Positions 19,200 to 28,100 of a stretch of 40,966 nucleotides of DNA are shown here, piece by piece. This DNA is from Candidatus Zixiibacteriota bacterium (GTDB lineage Bacteria > Zixibacteria > MSB-5A5 > WJJR01), in NCBI GenBank assembly GCA_020058315.1, contig JAGVEK010000002.1, positions 1 through 40,966 of the forward strand, written 5' to 3'. The notes beneath the pieces were generated by a model, which ran no database searches, had not been told where the DNA came from, and worked only from the letters and a program-made list of their open reading frames with translations. Numbering within the stretch: position 1 is the stretch's first letter; every line of letters starts with the position of its first letter. A program made the translations under genes and the position numbers.

Positions 19200-20912
19200 C
19201 TACTCCTTCCACCAGCCCTTGGGGCTCTTGTAGCGGAACTGGTGAGCCGTGAGCCACTCGGACAGCATCTTGTTGCGGTCGTCGGCGATGACCCACAAGG
19301 CTCCCTGCCGATCGCGATGGTCCACCACTTCAATGCCGAGTCCCTTGATGCGGGCGAGCATCGTCGAGAGCGCCTCTCCTCCCACCGCGTTGGCTGCCCG
19401 AGCCGGCTGCCGCTGCTGAGCCGGAGCCGCGCGAGTTCCCGGTCCCGCACCTACTCTGCGCGGCGGCTCCTCGGGTCTTTGTCCTATGAGTGGGCAAATG
19501 CTCTGATCAAACTTTTGCTCCCACGTGAGACGCTTTCCGGTGCTGTCCATGTGGATGAGGCGCTCCACGTAAGAGGCGGACTTGAGCGCGGAGATATCGA
19601 CGTCGACCCTCTCCCTTCCCGATGTGAGCTTGTCGAGAAGCCTCTGCGGCAGCCTGTCCCATCTGAACAGAAAGAAGGCGTTGCCCTTGGCCCCGAATTC
19701 CACGGCCAGATACTCGCCGATACGCATGACGAACGCATTGTTGTCAGAAGTGGTCCCATCCAGATTGATGAGGCGACCCTTGGCCCTTTCCTTGAAATCG
19801 TTGTGGCTCTCGCCCCTGCGCGAGCGGGCGTCTCCCCCTAGCGCGAACCACATGTCTTCAATGAAAGGCTCGAAGCGAAGCCAATAGTCCACGCGCCGAG
19901 TGTCTCCACTCCCATCGACGCTCAGCAGCTCGAAGAAGTCCCGTATGAGGCGCTCCTTGAGCCAGCCATTGACCATTTCCCGTGCCTCCCCGTCAGGTTC
20001 GCCCCTCCGGTCGATGACCCTCGCGTCCCACTCGGCGCGTCGAAGCCAAGGGTTGCCTATCACGCCGACGGCCGCGTCCCGCAGGGCCGGGTGCTCGGGC
20101 CGATCCGGGCAGCGGGCGTAGCGCGAGACGAGCATGGCGACGCAACGCGTTTGCAGCCCCTTAGAGAAGACGATGCCTTTTTTCCCCATGGCGATGAGAA
20201 TCAGATCCGTCAGCACGCCTTTGAACTCGGCGTGACCGAGAGCCGCGGCGGCCTTCATCTGAGCCACGACGGCCTCTTCCACCACCCACGAGTCGGACGG
20301 AACCGCCAACCCCTCCATCGCCTGCCGGAGCTCCTCGTTGCTTCCCGCGAGAAGTGCCTTGCCGTATCTGTCGCAGGGCTCGTCCGCAAGAAGGTTCTTG
20401 TGCTCGGTCAAAACTTGAAACCAATGCGGTTTTGTTCCCTTGGTTCTTTCCAAAGCGAGTCTGCTGGCCGCAAGCCACGCCCTCGCGGCCAGCCATCCTT
20501 CCCTCCCCTCATCACTGGCCGACGAAAGGGGGAAGCTCCAATGGGCGAGCATAAGGGACTGGAAGCACTTCAAGCGCCGACGGAGCTCGGTCTCCTCATC
20601 CAACAGCGCGAACAGCCTTTCCCTGATGGGCTTATCGGCGACGAGGCAGCGTCCGCGCTCGTCTAGCGATTCCGCGCCGAGGCAGACGTACTTGAGGCTG
20701 CGGTATCCGTCAGGCTTCCCGGTTCTCCTGAACTCCGCCACCGCCATCGCCACGGTCTTCTTGTCCGCCTCCACGGCCGGCGAGTCGTGCCGCCCTCGAA
20801 TCGCTGCGGACATGCGCGCCGTCTCCACCTCGTCCGTCCAAGCCTCTGGCGCGCGCGGCCCTGGCGCGAAAGACGCAACGAGCATTGAGCGCAGGGAGTC
20901 GAGGTCCTTCAT
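19200..20912 (-). CDS. zorC: ZorC (EH-signature-domain-like protein)
   Basis: 570 aa. ATGA overlap with the zorB stop. It ends 3 nt before the zorD start. Size and position match type I Zorya. The domain call is by position plus a NAFVMRIGEYLAVEFGAKGNAFFLF-type segment. Confidence 0.75.
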   Translation of the reverse strand: MKDLDSLRSMLVASFAPGPRAPEAWTDEVETARMSAAIRGRHDSPAVEADKKTVAMAVAEFRRTGKPDGYRSLKYVCLGAESLDERGRCLVADKPIRERLFALLDEETELRRRLKCFQSLMLAHWSFPLSSASDEGREGWLAARAWLAASRLALERTKGTKPHWFQVLTEHKNLLADEPCDRYGKALLAGSNEELRQAMEGLAVPSDSWVVEEAVVAQMKAAAALGHAEFKGVLTDLILIAMGKKGIVFSKGLQTRCVAMLVSRYARCPDRPEHPALRDAAVGVIGNPWLRRAEWDARVIDRRGEPDGEAREMVNGWLKERLIRDFFELLSVDGSGDTRRVDYWLRFEPFIEDMWFALGGDARSRRGESHNDFKERAKGRLINLDGTTSDNNAFVMRIGEYLAVEFGAKGNAFFLFRWDRLPQRLLDKLTSGRERVDVDISALKSASYVERLIHMDSTGKRLTWEQKFDQSICPLIGQRPEEPPRRVGAGPGTRAAPAQQRQPARAANAVGGEALSTMLARIKGLGIEVVDHRDRQGALWVIADDRNKMLSEWLTAHQFRYKSPKGWWKE

Positions 20913-21652
20913 CTAACCGCCGACGCGCGGACCGACGCCGAACCGTTCGCTTGGTCAATCGGACATGAGAGCGTCGGATCCAGCGGGGCGTCGCGAATCG
21001 GATCCTTCTTCTCCTCATAGCCGAGGAACTCCAATTTCAACTCAATCCTCTGGCTCTCCGCGTCGCTCGGTTTGAGGTCGTTGAAGGATGAGCCGCCCAC
21101 GAGAAACAGGTTGCGCACGAATCTGCGGTCTTCGTCCACAAGCGGATTCTTTGCCGATGGATCTAGCAGGACGCACAGCACCCGCTCGGCTCGTTGCAGG
21201 CTGAGGTTCAGATTGTGAATGTAGGTGCCGCTCTGGCTCGCGAAACCTTCGACTATCACGCGCTTGAATACCGGCTCGCATCTTGGCGACCTTGCGAGGG
21301 CCAGTACCTTGGGGACGTATGAGCTCAACGTCTCCTTCGCCAACTCGTCAAGCTTGTGCTCGTCCCTCTTAAAAAGGGCGAGCGTCCCGAACCGGACGGA
21401 GTATCCCCTCACGTCGACGCCGGGGAACTTGGCCTTTGTCATGGAGGCGATCTCTCCCATGCAAGCGTCGATTTTCTTCCTGTGCTCCTCTGGCCCGGAT
21501 ATTACCTTCTGCGTCACTGCCATCAAGGCTACGGACATCGCCACAAGAAACAGGACCATCAATGCCGTCATCAGATCGGAGAAGGAAATCCAAAACGGCT
21601 TTTCCGCCTCGTCCTGCGCTAGCCTCGGCGGCGGAGCCTTCATGCCGAACAT
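20909..21652 (-). CDS. zorB: ZorB (MotB/OmpA-like stator subunit)
   Basis: 247 aa. A single N-terminal TM with the conserved Asp (FWISFSDLMTALMVLFLV). A C-terminal OmpA/MotB-like region (...NLNLSLQRAERV...). Confidence 0.85.
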   Translation of the reverse strand: MFGMKAPPPRLAQDEAEKPFWISFSDLMTALMVLFLVAMSVALMAVTQKVISGPEEHRKKIDACMGEIASMTKAKFPGVDVRGYSVRFGTLALFKRDEHKLDELAKETLSSYVPKVLALARSPRCEPVFKRVIVEGFASQSGTYIHNLNLSLQRAERVLCVLLDPSAKNPLVDEDRRFVRNLFLVGGSSFNDLKPSDAESQRIELKLEFLGYEEKKDPIRDAPLDPTLSCPIDQANGSASVRASAVR

Positions 21653-21658
21653 CGCCCT

Positions 21659-23686
21659 TTACCTCTTGGTCGGCAGATCGTCGAGTGTGTCCCCGAGATC
21701 CTTTATCGCGCCGGAGACCAAATTCACCGCGTCCCGCAGTTCCTGCTGGAACTGCCTGTTACCCTCGCGCAGCGTGCGGTGCACATTCTCGGAGAACGAG
21801 TCGTGAACCTTAACCAGCACTTCATTCACGCCTTTTAGGTAATCCTCAGATTGGCGCTGAGCCGTCCCAAGTTGCGCTGCCGCAGCTTCCATCTTGGAGA
21901 TTATTTCCGACGTCATCGAGGCCTCGCGCTTGGCGTTCTCCATAACGATCTTGAGCTCGCCCACCATCGTGACGAAAGCGTCTCGCGTGCGAGCGTAGTC
22001 TGCGAGAACGTCCTTCGTCGCCCCGGTCGCGGAGGCGAGAGTGCCCGACGCGTCCCTGATGAGCCCCACTGCATCGGACGAGGCTCGCATCGTGTCAGTC
22101 ACGCCCTGACCAGCCTTGGCGAAATCGGACGCCGCGACATAGAGCGTCTCCGCCCCTGCGTTCATGTCGGTGATTGCCTTGCTCGTGGCCGCCGAGAGTT
22201 TGGCGACCGTGTCCTGCAAGGAGCGGTTCGTCTCGACGGACTGCGAGAGCAACGCCTCCATCTGCGCTGACAGCGAGCCAATGACCTCGCCGGTACTTTT
22301 CTCGAAACGCTGCTGCCGGCTGCCCTGGTTCTCCGCTGCCTGCTCCGCTTGGCGGCGCAGTTCTTCCACCACGCCGGCAACCTGCTCGCCGACGGCGGCG
22401 AGCGTCTCCTGCAATTTACGCCCTGATTCGGTCTGGGATTCCGAGACCATCGTGTGTATCTGCTCGACGAATTCGCCCATCTGTTTGTTCATGATTTGCT
22501 GGCGAGCCTCCATCGAAGTGATCGCATGGTTCAGACGCTCGGCCATCGCCTCTACCGCGCCCTTGCCCGCCGAGTCCATGTTGATCGCAAGCTCACCGAA
22601 TTTTGCGGCGGTAGAGCGCATGGCCTCAGACGTCTCTTTGAGAAGATCGGTCATACCCCTCATCTGCCCGCCGAACATGTCCTCCATGCGCGCGGCGAAG
22701 CTGGCGAGCACGTCAGTAAGCATTTTATTGACCGCGTCGCCTTGGCTCGCTCCGACGCTCTTCACCGCCGCGGCAATGTCCTGCATCGGCCCGCCGAGGT
22801 TGTCGGCTATCGCTTTGCCTATCTCCTGCGATATCTGCCCGGTCTGACGCGCCTGCGCCTCCATCTGCTCGTTGAACAGGCGCGTCTGCGTTTCGACCTG
22901 CCGCGACGTCAGGGTGGTCAAAATCTCCCTCATGTCCGCGACCAATGCGTCCTTTATCTGCGAAGCCTGAGTGGCTTGGGTCTCGGAAGATTTGACAAGC
23001 CGTTCCAGATACTCCTCACCGGCCCCCGCATCGAACATGCCGTCCACCAATTGCCGCAACTCCTCAACTTGGCGATAGCGTGCAGTGACGATTGATTTCT
23101 CTATCCATGTGAAAAGCATGGCGAGGCTGATCGCTCCAGCCGACACATAAAACGCATGACCGACAGAGTCGAAGAGAGATTGCAACTGAATTTGTGCCTG
23201 CGACGGATTTGAAACGTCAAAGTTACGCAGACCAAGTATCAACCCAAGAAAGGTACCGATGATGCCGAGGCCAGTCAGTATTCCCGGTAGATGTTTGTAG
23301 AACTCCGTTTTGAGCGGCGTCCCAACGATGGCTTGCTCCGTGAAAAAAGTGGCGGCCATTGAGGTCGCGCGCCAGCGCACGATTCTGCTTTGCCCTGCGT
23401 CGTCAATCTTTCTTTCCGCGTGCAGGGTCGCCGCATACTCCCCCCAAAGATGGGAGAGCATCGGCATCAACATCGCCTCCCGCGCGATGTCGTCCAACTC
23501 GACCACGTTGCCGTCGACGCGCTTCTTTATCGAAGCCAAGGCCTTGACCGACTTGCCCAACTCCCGCCCGAGTCTCCATGCCGGCCAAACAAAACGGCCA
23601 AGGAACCCGGCTGAGATCACCGTGAGAAGGGAACCGACCACCAACACATACCAAGGCTGGTTGAGCAGAATCGCAAAATCGTTCAT
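21659..23686 (-). CDS. zorA: ZorA (MotA/ExbB-like membrane protein with long coiled-coil tail)
   Basis: Within ORF 21659..23887, Met at 23686 (MNDFAILLNQPWYVLVVGSL). It has TM helices including LPGILTGLGIIGTFLGLILGL (MotA/TolQ signature) and a ~400-aa helical tail. Confidence 0.85.
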   Translation of the reverse strand: MNDFAILLNQPWYVLVVGSLLTVISAGFLGRFVWPAWRLGRELGKSVKALASIKKRVDGNVVELDDIAREAMLMPMLSHLWGEYAATLHAERKIDDAGQSRIVRWRATSMAATFFTEQAIVGTPLKTEFYKHLPGILTGLGIIGTFLGLILGLRNFDVSNPSQAQIQLQSLFDSVGHAFYVSAGAISLAMLFTWIEKSIVTARYRQVEELRQLVDGMFDAGAGEEYLERLVKSSETQATQASQIKDALVADMREILTTLTSRQVETQTRLFNEQMEAQARQTGQISQEIGKAIADNLGGPMQDIAAAVKSVGASQGDAVNKMLTDVLASFAARMEDMFGGQMRGMTDLLKETSEAMRSTAAKFGELAINMDSAGKGAVEAMAERLNHAITSMEARQQIMNKQMGEFVEQIHTMVSESQTESGRKLQETLAAVGEQVAGVVEELRRQAEQAAENQGSRQQRFEKSTGEVIGSLSAQMEALLSQSVETNRSLQDTVAKLSAATSKAITDMNAGAETLYVAASDFAKAGQGVTDTMRASSDAVGLIRDASGTLASATGATKDVLADYARTRDAFVTMVGELKIVMENAKREASMTSEIISKMEAAAAQLGTAQRQSEDYLKGVNEVLVKVHDSFSENVHRTLREGNRQFQQELRDAVNLVSGAIKDLGDTLDDLPTKR

Positions 23687-23809
23687 CGACGTCTTTCTTT
23701 TTTTGTGTAGTCGCTTGGAACTCTGAACACCGACTTGAACCTCCCTAACTGAAAGTCCGCTTCGAGTGCCCCACGCCGCGCCTATTCTCCCTTGACGCAT
23801 AGCCCGTTG

Positions 23810-23838
23810 ATTATATGCCCACGTCAGACGGGTCAGTC
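23810..23838 (-). promoter_or_regulatory. Possible zorA promoter (perfect TATAAT, weak -35)
   Basis: The minus strand reads ...GACTGA-N17-TATAAT (the -10 is the complement of 23810-23815), ~120 nt upstream of the zorA ATG. The -35 is poor, so this is tentative. Confidence 0.3.
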
Positions 23839-24060
23839 TTTTCGCGTTCCATCGAGCCGTATGAAGTTTCTCCGCTAACAAGCTCACTGGATGAGCCAGT
23901 GAAGCGAAGTCCTGCGGGACTCACGCTTGCCGGATCAGGCATTCGCAGGAATCATTGCCAAAGAGATGGTCGACGCTTTAACTCGCGATTGCCTCATGGT
24001 CAGCATGAAAACCATTTCCCTACCGCATCTGACAATATCGGCCAGCCCATGATCAATGGC

Positions 24061-24104
24061 AAAGCCCGTAGTGGAGCGCACCAAAGCCCGTAGTCCACGG
24101 CGCC
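24061..24104 (+). repeat. Iteron pair 1 (2 x 22 bp)
   Basis: AAAGCCCGTAGTGGAGCGCACC followed by AAAGCCCGTAGTCCACGGCGCC. Same family as the repeats at 24349-24392 and 26648-26757. Confidence 0.85.
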
Positions 24105-24348
24105 ATTTGCCGATGGCAAAACAGCATGAAACGATCGCGCGGCAAGGCTTTCCACGGGTTTTTGCCTAACAGTGCGGGCGATCCACCATTTCCCGGCAGG
24201 CTCCCCCGATCCGCGCCCATCCGAATAACGTTCGCAAATCAACTATCGCCGCCAAGCCCTTGCGGCCCATGGGTTGCGACCCGTCTCAACTGAATTTACG
24301 CGATATGGACACAACCCCGTACCGAGCGAATTCACCATCGGCGGACGG

Positions 24349-24392
24349 AATGCCCGTAGTGGAACGCACCAAACCCCGTAGTCCACGGCGCC
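24349..24392 (+). repeat. Iteron pair 2 (2 x 22 bp)
   Basis: AATGCCCGTAGTGGAACGCACC followed by AAACCCCGTAGTCCACGGCGCC. Same orientation and same internal order as pair 1. Confidence 0.85.
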
Positions 24393-24434
24393 CAATTTCG
24401 CTTCGCCAATCAACAGGCACAGCGAAGTAGAGAC

Positions 24435-24450
24435 GCTCTTCGCGAAGAGC
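24435..24450. promoter_or_regulatory. Perfect 16-bp palindrome upstream of the rep operon (candidate operator)
   Basis: GCTCTTCGCGAAGAGC. A TTGACA hexamer lies at 24509-24514 and the small ORF starts at 24570. Confidence 0.4.
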
Positions 24451-24569
24451 AACGGTCCAAGGCCAACCCATCAAGATCGCCGGATAATTGAGCCAGCCAT
24501 CGCCTTGGTTGACATTTCATTCCTGATTTGAGATGACATAAGGATTCAGATTTTATTGAGTCCGAGCAA

Positions 24570-24767
24570 ATGTCAAAAACCAAGAAGCCCTTGGACGAAT
24601 ACGTCCACATCCGCTTTCCAACATCCATTAAAGAGTCGTTCCTCGAAGCCTGCGAGATTGAAAACGTCTATCAGGCCGAAATCATCCGCCGCCTGGTTTC
24701 AACGTGGACAAAAAAAGTCCTCAAGGAAGCAAGGGCTGAGAAGAAGGCTATCCATGGAAAGGAATGA
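24570..24767 (+). CDS. Small basic protein upstream of rep (possible RHH/CopG-like regulator)
   Basis: 65 aa, MSKTKKPLDEYVHIRFPTSIKESFLEACEIENVYQAEIIRRLV (a beta-strand then helix pattern like RHH). It overlaps the rep start by 14 nt. Confidence 0.55.
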   Translation: MSKTKKPLDEYVHIRFPTSIKESFLEACEIENVYQAEIIRRLVSTWTKKVLKEARAEKKAIHGKE

Positions 24768-25743
24768 AGTCTCGGCTATCGCGTTTTTCTCCGAGGACGA
24801 TGCCGATGAATGGGACACCGAACGCCACCAGCCGTCATCCAAGCCGGACAAGGCGACTTCGGTGGCAGCGGCAGTCGAGACAAAGGAATGGCCAAAGGGG
24901 CCTCACGGCACCCCGAACGCGTTCAATCGCAGTTCCCTGTTCTCCGCAGGAGGGAAGCACATCCCCAGTTCCCTACCAATGGCAAGAGGGCGGTCGTGGA
25001 TCGAAGGTGCGCTGGTCGCCTCCATGCCCAACTACGAAATCCTATACACTGGCCCGCTTCTCGACCAGCATGACAAACGCGTCTTTCAGCACATAGCGTC
25101 CATCATGCGAGAGCGGAACATCCCCGCAGGCGGAACGTTGGAAATCCCCGGATACGCACTTCTTCTATCCATGGGAAAGACCGACGGGAAGGCCAACTAC
25201 GAATCGCTTGCCGCGTCACTGAAGAGGCTTTGGGAGGGGACCATCACATTCATGAAGACGGCCTCGGGGTCGTGGACCGACGTTCGCATGCTCATCACCG
25301 GGGGGCAGGATCACCGGACCAAGGCATTTCGCATAGCCCTCCATCCCGCCATGTCGCTCCTGCATGAATACGACGTTGCAAAGATCGACCTAAAACGAAA
25401 GGCCGGACTGTCCTGCCAGCTCGCGTCCTTCCTCCACGACTTTTATTCGAGCCATCGTCTGGCCGTCCCATTTCAAGTGGCGGAGCTTCAACGGCTCAGC
25501 GGAAGGACCTGCGATTCCAAGACTTTCAGACGCGAACTCCGAAGGGCCTTGGTCGAGCTTGAAAATTGCATCCCGCCGGTATTGGCTCCTGGATCGAAAA
25601 TCGACAGAAACAACGGCGTCATCGCGAAAAAAGCGGAGTTGGCATTTGTCGTCGGCCCGGCCCAACCAACGAAGGTCGCTATCGTTCCTAACCGAGCACC
25701 CAAGAAGCCCGCCGTCAAAAAACGGAGAGCGTTCGTCCTTTAA
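24754..25743 (+). CDS. TrfA-like plasmid replication initiator
   Basis: Within ORF 24556..25743, Met at 24754 (MERNEVSAI...). The segment PNAFNRSSLFSAG and its length and organisation resemble TrfA-family Rep. It is flanked by iterons on both sides. Confidence 0.65.
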   Translation: MERNEVSAIAFFSEDDADEWDTERHQPSSKPDKATSVAAAVETKEWPKGPHGTPNAFNRSSLFSAGGKHIPSSLPMARGRSWIEGALVASMPNYEILYTGPLLDQHDKRVFQHIASIMRERNIPAGGTLEIPGYALLLSMGKTDGKANYESLAASLKRLWEGTITFMKTASGSWTDVRMLITGGQDHRTKAFRIALHPAMSLLHEYDVAKIDLKRKAGLSCQLASFLHDFYSSHRLAVPFQVAELQRLSGRTCDSKTFRRELRRALVELENCIPPVLAPGSKIDRNNGVIAKKAELAFVVGPAQPTKVAIVPNRAPKKPAVKKRRAFVL

Positions 25744-25903
25744 AAGACGGCATCCACGCTCTGGACTTCCAAACCCGCAGTGCGTCTCACCGGAGAATTT
25801 AACACCGACCCGGCGCGCGGAAATCGTTGCCGTACGAACGCTGTGCTTTACAACCGTCCTTCTCCGTGATGGAATCAACTTGAGAGACTACGGGAGAGAC
25901 GGC

Positions 25904-26143
25904 ATGAAGAAAAAGAACAATGACGGCGAATTTTCGGGTATCGACAACATCGGGACAATTCGCTCATTCGTGGGAGGCCATGAAGAACGTCCATATTTCG
26001 CAAATAGCAATCACCCCATTCCGTTGGCATCGAGCCTTAACGAAGATGTCCACTATGATCTTCCTCCGCCGTCGTTGGAGCTTGTCGCACGAATCAATGC
26101 CCTAGCCCCTGACGACTCCGAGTTGGAGCCGTTGGACGACTAA
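25904..26143 (+). CDS. Small acidic hypothetical protein (possible antitoxin partner)
   Basis: 79 aa from the Met at 25904 (MKKKNNDGEF...), GGGAGAG RBS. It ends 2 nt before the next ATG. Confidence 0.5.
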   Translation: MKKKNNDGEFSGIDNIGTIRSFVGGHEERPYFANSNHPIPLASSLNEDVHYDLPPPSLELVARINALAPDDSELEPLDD

Positions 26144-26145
26144 GC

Positions 26146-26658
26146 ATGGCACCAAAACCGTGGCCCGCCCCAAGGAAAGGCGATATTGTTAGTTGCCTCT
26201 ATCCCTTCGACGACCCAACTGGTCCTGTGTCCAAAGCCCGCCCTGCCCTTGTCATGGCGGTATTCGCCAAAAAGGACGGCAGCATTTGGGTTGATGTCGT
26301 TCCAGGAAGCGGTCAATCCACTTCCACCCAAGCGACTGCAAAGCCTCCGCAACTTTGGGAGATCGAAGAGCCAGCGGATCCGGATGGCCTAAACAAAACC
26401 AATCTACATGAGGCCACTCGATTTAATTTCTCGCACCTCAGTCGGCTCCCATACACCGGCGAGAGGTTTTCACAAGGACAGCGAGACAGCCCCGTATTTG
26501 GAAGGGAATCGACAAATCTCTTGTCATCCAAAGCGGCAGCCAAGGTTGCCGCTCAAAACGCCGACCCCGCCGTTGTGACACCACCCGTGGTGACGGTCAA
26601 GCGCTCGCGAGCAACACTCGTGGCCAATGCCGTCGAAACCCCACAATCAGACCCGTAG
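26146..26658 (+). CDS. PemK/MazF-like (SH3-fold) protein, tentative
   Basis: 170 aa. The N-terminal PRKGDIVSCLYPFDDPTGPVSKARPALVMAV resembles the GDI...RPxLV signature of PemK/MazF toxins. The C-terminal 70 aa are atypical. The stop lies inside the first iteron. Confidence 0.4.
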   Translation: MAPKPWPAPRKGDIVSCLYPFDDPTGPVSKARPALVMAVFAKKDGSIWVDVVPGSGQSTSTQATAKPPQLWEIEEPADPDGLNKTNLHEATRFNFSHLSRLPYTGERFSQGQRDSPVFGRESTNLLSSKAAAKVAAQNADPAVVTPPVVTVKRSRATLVANAVETPQSDP

Positions 26659-26757
26659 CGGAACGCACCAAAGCCCGTAGTAGAACGCGCCAAAGCCCGT
26701 AGCAGAGCGCACCAAAGCCCGTAGTAGAGCGCACCAAAGCCCGTAGTAGAGCGCACC
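26648..26757 (+). repeat. Iteron cluster (5 contiguous 22-bp repeats), core of a putative oriV
   Basis: Units at 26648, 26670, 26692, 26714 and 26736 share the consensus AAAGCCCGTAG(T/C)AGAGCGCACC. The last two are identical. They are head-to-tail with no spacers. Confidence 0.9.
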
Positions 26758-26801
26758 TTGACGCCTCGCAAACCCTGTACTGGCAACGGTTTGCGGGTGC
26801 C

Positions 26802-26847
26802 TAAGGTCTTTTAAGGCTTCTTAAGGCCTTTTAAGGCCTTTAAGAAG
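26802..26847 (+). repeat. Helically phased 10-bp repeats (TAAGGCCTTT x ~4.5) next to the iterons
   Basis: TAAGGTCTTT TAAGGCTTCT TAAGGCCTTT TAAGGCCTT TAAGAAG. Confidence 0.85.
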
Positions 26848-26906
26848 ACGAAGCGGAAGTCGTTTCCCCTACCTTACGGTAGGCTCACCGCCTCCGCCCA
26901 CCATCG

Positions 26907-26934
26907 AAAAATCAGGGTGAGGTTCCCTCACCCT
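26907..26934 (-). terminator. Rho-independent terminator for the leftward parA-cargo operon
   Basis: A 9-bp stem AGGGTGAGG/CCTCACCCT with a 3-nt loop (26914-26934). On the minus strand it is followed by GATTTTTCG. It lies ~130 nt after the stop at 27066. Confidence 0.6.
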
Positions 26935-27065
26935 TAAACCGTCACCGGGCACGGCGGGCCTTGCCGCCGCTTGCCGCCCGCATGGCGGGCGGACCATTGA
27001 GAAACCCAGCAAAAACCGCCACGCCCCCCCCAACGCTTGCGACAACAAGTTATGCAAGTGGCAAC

Positions 27066-27890
27066 TCAAATCGACAACCCTCCTCCGCCGGCCATCGACA
27101 CAACGCCTGAGGTTTTCTTCGTTCCTGCCAGCATCACCAACTCAGCACAGGCCGACTCCATGAATAAAAGACCCTCGACAGCCGTCCCATGGGTATGCCG
27201 AAGCGTTTCGGCCACCACCGGGAAACGCAGGTCAAGATCCGCCAACGCAATGGATACCGCGTCCCCCTCCTCAATGGGAGGAAGGCCCGGCCACGACTCT
27301 TTCAATGCGGCCGCCAACGAACCGCCAACAACCGAAAGAAGAAAACTCTCTCCCTCGATCGGTACGCCCCCGTACCAAGAGAGGTCATCAATTCGTTTCA
27401 CTATCGCCGACACACCCTTGGCAAAAAGCTCCAGCGTAACCCGTTCGCCGAGATCGAACACGACAAGAGCCTCGTCAAACGTGAACCCGGCGCACGAGTC
27501 GACATCGCGGACACCGCCGTCACTGACAAGGACGAACATCCAGTTCGTCTGGTCCAAAAACGGATTCATATCGGTGGCATGAAGCAGTGCCCGGAAACCC
27601 GCCTCGAGTTCGGAGAGGGCAAGCAGGTCGGAGACAATCCGGTCGATCAAGAAATGCCTGGTCGAATCGAAGCGAAATTCCACCGTCCGGCCATCGTCCG
27701 AAATGCAGGGCGCCGCCCCCCAGACCCACTCTTTGCGGTCGTCGGGGTTCTCGTCGACAATCCGCCCCAGGACCTCGACAGACCTAAGCAGAACGGACGG
27801 ATCGCCATCCATCCGAAGGCCCACGTCGAACCCAAGCCGCAAATTACCCACCTCCTCTTCGGGGAGGCCGCACTCAAATTTAATCGCCAT
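27066..27890 (-). CDS. Highly acidic hypothetical protein
   Basis: 274 aa with a GAGGG RBS. By eye there are ~50 D+E against ~20 K+R. No recognisable motif. Confidence 0.7.
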   Translation of the reverse strand: MAIKFECGLPEEEVGNLRLGFDVGLRMDGDPSVLLRSVEVLGRIVDENPDDRKEWVWGAAPCISDDGRTVEFRFDSTRHFLIDRIVSDLLALSELEAGFRALLHATDMNPFLDQTNWMFVLVSDGGVRDVDSCAGFTFDEALVVFDLGERVTLELFAKGVSAIVKRIDDLSWYGGVPIEGESFLLSVVGGSLAAALKESWPGLPPIEEGDAVSIALADLDLRFPVVAETLRHTHGTAVEGLLFMESACAELVMLAGTKKTSGVVSMAGGGGLSI

Positions 27891-28100
27891 CGAGCCCTCA
27901 CTGTCGACTGCCTGTCGGCAGATGCAAAAAGAACGCCGGCACGCCCTGTCCGGGGGGACCGCCTATGCCAACCCATATCGCAACGGACCAAGGCCTCATC
28001 CTGGATCAAAAAGGCACATATTCCGGCGAATGGAACGCCCATGCCAACGACACGGTCGGAACCATGTCGATGAAGGCGAGACTTTACGGGTAATTTGGAC

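Noticed and set aside
24000-24628. Minus-strand ORFs 24000-24242, 24243-24452, 24286-24474 and 24410-24628 in the zorA-rep gap.
   Set aside because: They are built on the iterons and palindromes of the replication-control region. They have no RBS and implausible composition. I treat this region as non-coding.
26648-26757. Could the 22-bp repeat array be a CRISPR array?
   Set aside because: The repeats are directly contiguous with no spacers. The units are short and degenerate and flank a Rep gene, and no cas genes are present. They are iterons, not CRISPR repeats.
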